26,143 nt of DNA. It comes from an uncultured archaeon. Its GTDB lineage: Archaea > Asgardarchaeota > Lokiarchaeia > Sigyniarchaeales > Promethearchaeaceae. The stretch covers positions 34,702 through 60,844 of the forward strand of contig CAYRPF010000009.1 in NCBI GenBank assembly GCA_964426185.1. Reading direction: 5' to 3'. The stretch's first letter is position 1, and every line of letters starts with the position of its first letter. The notes under the pieces were generated by a model that did no database searches, was not told the origin of the DNA, and saw only the letters and a list, made by a program, of their open reading frames with translations. Positions 24,701 through 26,143 of the stretch are shown one piece after another. Made by a program: the position numbers and the translations under genes.

Positions 24701-26143
24701 GATCGCAGGAGCTGGTGCAACAGGTTTTGTAGTTGAACACCCTTCTGAGGCAAAACGAAGAGGTATAAAACCGATTGTCGATTTATTGGGGACTCATATA
24801 AGTAATAGCGCATATCATGGCTCACGTTTAGATAAGCATGATATTTGTTCTGCGATGGAACTTTTCATTTCTAAAATGGAAAATACATATGGAATTTCGA
24901 AATCTGAAATCGCACAACAAGGAATGTTCGTAAGTCATGAAACTTATACTCCTGCGCGGGGTGGTAGTTCTGAATCTGAATTGGAGGCACTTGCCTTCAC
25001 ATTTGGCTCTCAATCACATAACATTTTAATTGTTAACACTAAAGGTTTCACAGGTCACACGATGGGTGTAGGGATTGAAGAGGCAGTTGCGATAAAATCT
25101 ATTGAATTCGGGCAAATTCCTCCAATTGCAAATATTGAAAAATTAGATCCAAAATTTGAAGGTTTTAATTTTTCGAGAGGGGTTCAAGATAGAAAGAAAT
25201 ATGCTATAAGATTTGCTGCTGGATTTGGTTCACAACTTGCCATTTTATTATTTAGGACAAATACACCTGTTAATCGAAAGGATAATATAAAATACAAGTC
25301 TTGGTTAAATTCTATCGCAAGGTCAACTGAGTTGTACTTAGATGGAAGAATTTTAAAGATTAAATCTACAAAAGCTTCAAGAGAATTTCAAAAAAAGGCT
25401 ATAAAATTTTCTTCTTTGAATGTTCAAGAAAAAAATCTGCCCGTCCTTCCCTTTTTGTTAGAAATCATATCCAAAACAACAGGTTATGATGTCTCTGATC
25501 TTGATTCCAAGTATGATCTTGAAGAAGATTTGGGTATCGATACCATTAAGCAAGCGGAGATCTTTGGGCAAATCCGCGAAAAATGGCAAATACCAGAAAA
25601 TATGGATGTGAACCTTGCGGATTTCAAGACAATTGAAGACATTGTTTCGTTCATTTCAAAATTTAAGAATATAGATAGTGAAACTTCCGAAACATCGCAA
25701 GTTGTGAATCAAATTTCTTCTCCAAAAACTGAGATAGAATCGATAGAAACAAGTGTTCAAAAAATTATTGCAGAAATCACCGGATATGATGTGGAAGATC
25801 TTGAATTAGGATTTGATTTAGAAGAAGATTTGGGCATCGATACCATTAAGCAAGCGGAGATCTTTGGACAGATTCGTGAAAAGTGGCAGATACCAGAAAA
25901 TGCTGAAGTGAATCTTGCAGATTTCAGAACAATTAAAGATATTGTTTCGTTCATTTCAAAATTGAAGAATTTAGATGACGAAAGCTCCAAGACGACCCAA
26001 GTTATAAATCAAAATTCTTCTTCAAAAAATGGAATTAAATCGATAGAAACAAGTATTCAAAAAATTATTTCAGAAATCACCGGATATAATGTGGAAGATC
26101 TTGAATTAGGATTTGATTTAGAAGAAGATTTGGGCATCGATAC
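18777..26143 (+). CDS. Type I FAS/PKS-like megasynthase, 3'-truncated by window edge (>=2455 aa): ER0-ER-KS1-MAT-KS2-ACP-ACP-ACP...
   Basis: Manual translation from ATG 18777 shows no stop to the end of the window. FabK/NMO-like barrel 1 (RGNEAGGVV, ~18800-19750). Barrel 2 (YPIIQGPM, EGSECGGH, FAGGI, QMGTAYLFT, ~19800-20850). KS1 (VAIVG, TDAACASS, ECHGTST, KSQIGHLK, GFGGTNFH, ~20964-22346). MAT (FSGQGSQ, GHSLGE, QAFHS, PVRW, FVEVGP, ~22464-23350). KS2 (NAACATT, VSHETYTP, KGFTGHTMG, GFGSQ, ~23727-25256). ACPs (DLEEDLGIDTIKQAE). Confidence 0.95.
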   Translation, partial: MKKIHEIQKLLGNSVPIWGYNPQGLKNMDILLSISRNSGIGLFNTATFSIQDINEILIQISQKLDETAYWGILIHEDSIIPRLIFPSSRIIVICSFSPSSANLSLLQQKTVMIGAEVLTTIEAKEKSGWADFFLVRGNEAGGVVSNINSFIQIQEFHKMGYSFIIEGGFGIFNVGAALVGGAFGVVFESQLYLLKESPLSSAYKSYLVSLQENDFYLAVENEMFNYRLIGKLANKSIRKIKAQEKAFYQYLISQDENMSRNFFEQHFNAYLDKIFSEKSRIPDWTSDNPKHAFMPCDHGIIFARYVAECYEDIAGFIQGLKNLIKHQYNQIKTNWPFQECSPIAQLLNIKYPIIQGPMANITESLEYAQVIAENGALPTFALGGLMDHEADLLLQKVSQSPLQNKSYMAGIIGLEVVKKRRNAQLESIKKYKVPFTLIAAGSVELAKQVIRQGERVFLHTPALSMFREAIKNGIEFMILEGSECGGHIGTLSSWVLWENVLEYCVQEKSNLPERMNVIFAGGIIDSNSSTMVAMLLGEHLDQINPAIQMGTAYLFTQEIVTSKALSYVYQNLLLDHQTTRVIGATVNTRARVIPSLFTYLTIKKEFERITQNLPISKRKDLYEKDNLGALRIAAQGEIWNAKHVPGTGTTQFLPISPEKQKISGAFMTGEIISLRNSVVSVKNLHYDIVKGGFHHLSDEFLKRFTSSTKTPHIIQNREIIANQEISIDSRVAIVGLGGVFPDSNNITEFWQNILMRKYSISEVPSDRWDAEIYYSSNKNEPDKTYTKIGGFIKNFQFKPIKFRIPPQMAARMDPVQKWALTAAKEALLDAKFPVDGKKPINLAVILGNSLGGEIQRTNDKRVLIQEIKHIFHQAKQLNMATTSSLVELQTYLENELIKDIPPINEDTMPGELSNIIAGRICNIFNLNGKNLTTDAACASSLAALDTAVKGLLFGDYDAVLAGGADRSMDPAVFIKFSKIGALSAKKSCPFDAEADGFVMGEGAGFVVLKRLSDAIRDNDKIYAVIRGIGSSSDGRGKGITAPNPQGQQNAILRAYNAAKISIDDIQYIECHGTSTVIGDAAELKVLQDILKNKGGNQKIAIGSVKSQIGHLKSAAAIAALIKTSLALYHKTIPPSVNFNTPNPKIDWEKAPFYVNTQTQPWELSESSIRRAGVSAFGFGGTNFHVVLEEYSPQNLDFPKISLPVYHLNENFPSLSQPINNFSEINEDLSLVLMFSGQGSQFVGMGKELYQKIPVIREVLDQANNISQNFGNFDLLKIMFGDPKRSLEENQKILTQTQFTQPAIFSLEIALYRYLTQKGLSPGIVAGHSLGEYSALVASGVIDFEHAMKAVIIRGKAMSEASSEISCGMAALLCSPEQAGKIISQINKGFVSISNYNSPRQTVISGDLEGINETLKLCQTAKITAIQLKVSQAFHSKFVAGAGSKLAEFLNSIPFKAPRIPIFSNVLGSQYPQDPQRIKDILVDQITSPVRWTQEIEQIYNKGGRRFVEVGPKKALFYFANEILRKEKNTKYWFTLSPKNPEVEHLQQTIESVLKEENKILKKKNYRIDASFTSQAFDSRRGNPSKSPLSILESDKELKKIINQPNFADFIRHQKDILIPLLKSNFKQYNKIQVLEQQQRLKHESLNKISSIPLGITGVGIGLPGKNRKVFDDSNIQAILRGDNFIEPIDERLKYDILEKNIVRLNKTSTGRASFIEINDISQVIHLAGQIGEFSPEKDFLLNEKLLHALDITSKLAIGAGFEALRDAGIPLVKSELITSTGKKISGDWALPEELQKNTGVVFASAFPGYDNFAKDLTTQLTQKFENQTKNLIISKVNQLLEKIEHPVIKKDLRKWFEKEKQLLTGKQQDLQKFNKSFLFRILSMGHSQFAQIIKAKGPNTQINAACATTTQAFAIAEDWIKTGRCNRVIIISGDCPTTNDLFPWLGAGFVASGAGTIKQTLEEAALPFGKGRNGLIAGAGATGFVVEHPSEAKRRGIKPIVDLLGTHISNSAYHGSRLDKHDICSAMELFISKMENTYGISKSEIAQQGMFVSHETYTPARGGSSESELEALAFTFGSQSHNILIVNTKGFTGHTMGVGIEEAVAIKSIEFGQIPPIANIEKLDPKFEGFNFSRGVQDRKKYAIRFAAGFGSQLAILLFRTNTPVNRKDNIKYKSWLNSIARSTELYLDGRILKIKSTKASREFQKKAIKFSSLNVQEKNLPVLPFLLEIISKTTGYDVSDLDSKYDLEEDLGIDTIKQAEIFGQIREKWQIPENMDVNLADFKTIEDIVSFISKFKNIDSETSETSQVVNQISSPKTEIESIETSVQKIIAEITGYDVEDLELGFDLEEDLGIDTIKQAEIFGQIREKWQIPENAEVNLADFRTIKDIVSFISKLKNLDDESSKTTQVINQNSSSKNGIKSIETSIQKIISEITGYNVEDLELGFDLEEDLGID
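25441..26143 (+). repeat. Tandem 300-bp ACP-encoding repeats (2 complete + 1 partial)
   Basis: GAAGAAGATTTGGGYATCGATAC recurs at 25521, 25821 and 26121, an exact 300-nt period; units 2 and 3 are nearly identical where they overlap. Confidence 0.95.

Noticed and set aside
18959-25990. Short ORFs listed in the track (18959-19228, 20521-20778, 21392-21574, 22712-22933, 24828-25013, 25757-25990)
   Set aside because: All are antisense or off-frame shadows of the megasynthase ORF, which the track missed because it has no stop codon in the window
25441-26143. Regularly spaced repeats as a CRISPR array
   Set aside because: The period is 300 nt, in frame, and the whole unit is homologous and encodes ACP domains; there are no unique spacers
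18777-26143. Naming the synthase pfaA
   Set aside because: KS1 and the tandem ACPs are PfaA-like, but the N-terminal ER pair, the second KS and the Thr-ACPs do not match PfaA architecture; PUFA production cannot be claimed

Overview
AT-rich archaeal chromosomal window, most likely from an Asgard (Lokiarchaeia-like) archaeon. This is inferred from the archaeal proteasome/exosome superoperon, a profilin-like gene and archaeal TATA/GGTGA signals. Left part (1-8.3 kb): M1 aminopeptidase, tRNA-Val(TAC), a catalytically degenerate XPD/DinG-like helicase, a DUF2110-like protein, a profilin-like protein, an alpha/beta hydrolase and a flavodoxin-ferredoxin fusion. Middle (8.3-14.4 kb): psmA-SBDS-rrp4-rrp41-rrp42-rpl37ae-pcc1, then a 206-aa all-helical (possibly BAR-like) protein. 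Right (14.4-26.1 kb): a PAS hybrid histidine kinase, a biotin protein ligase, an acyl-CoA carboxyltransferase, and a gene absent from the supplied ORF track because it runs off the window edge. That gene is an uninterrupted reading frame of at least 2455 codons (18777 to the end) encoding a type I FAS/PKS-like megasynthase, with domain order ER(degenerate)-ER-KS-MAT-KS-ACP-ACP-ACP... Both KS domains keep the Cys-His-His triad, and all three visible ACPs have Thr (GIDT) where the phosphopantetheine-accepting Ser normally sits. An ACP-dependent megasynthase clustered with its own carboxylation/biotinylation genes in an archaeon is the main finding. All domain calls come from manual translation and motif recognition; no database searches were run.
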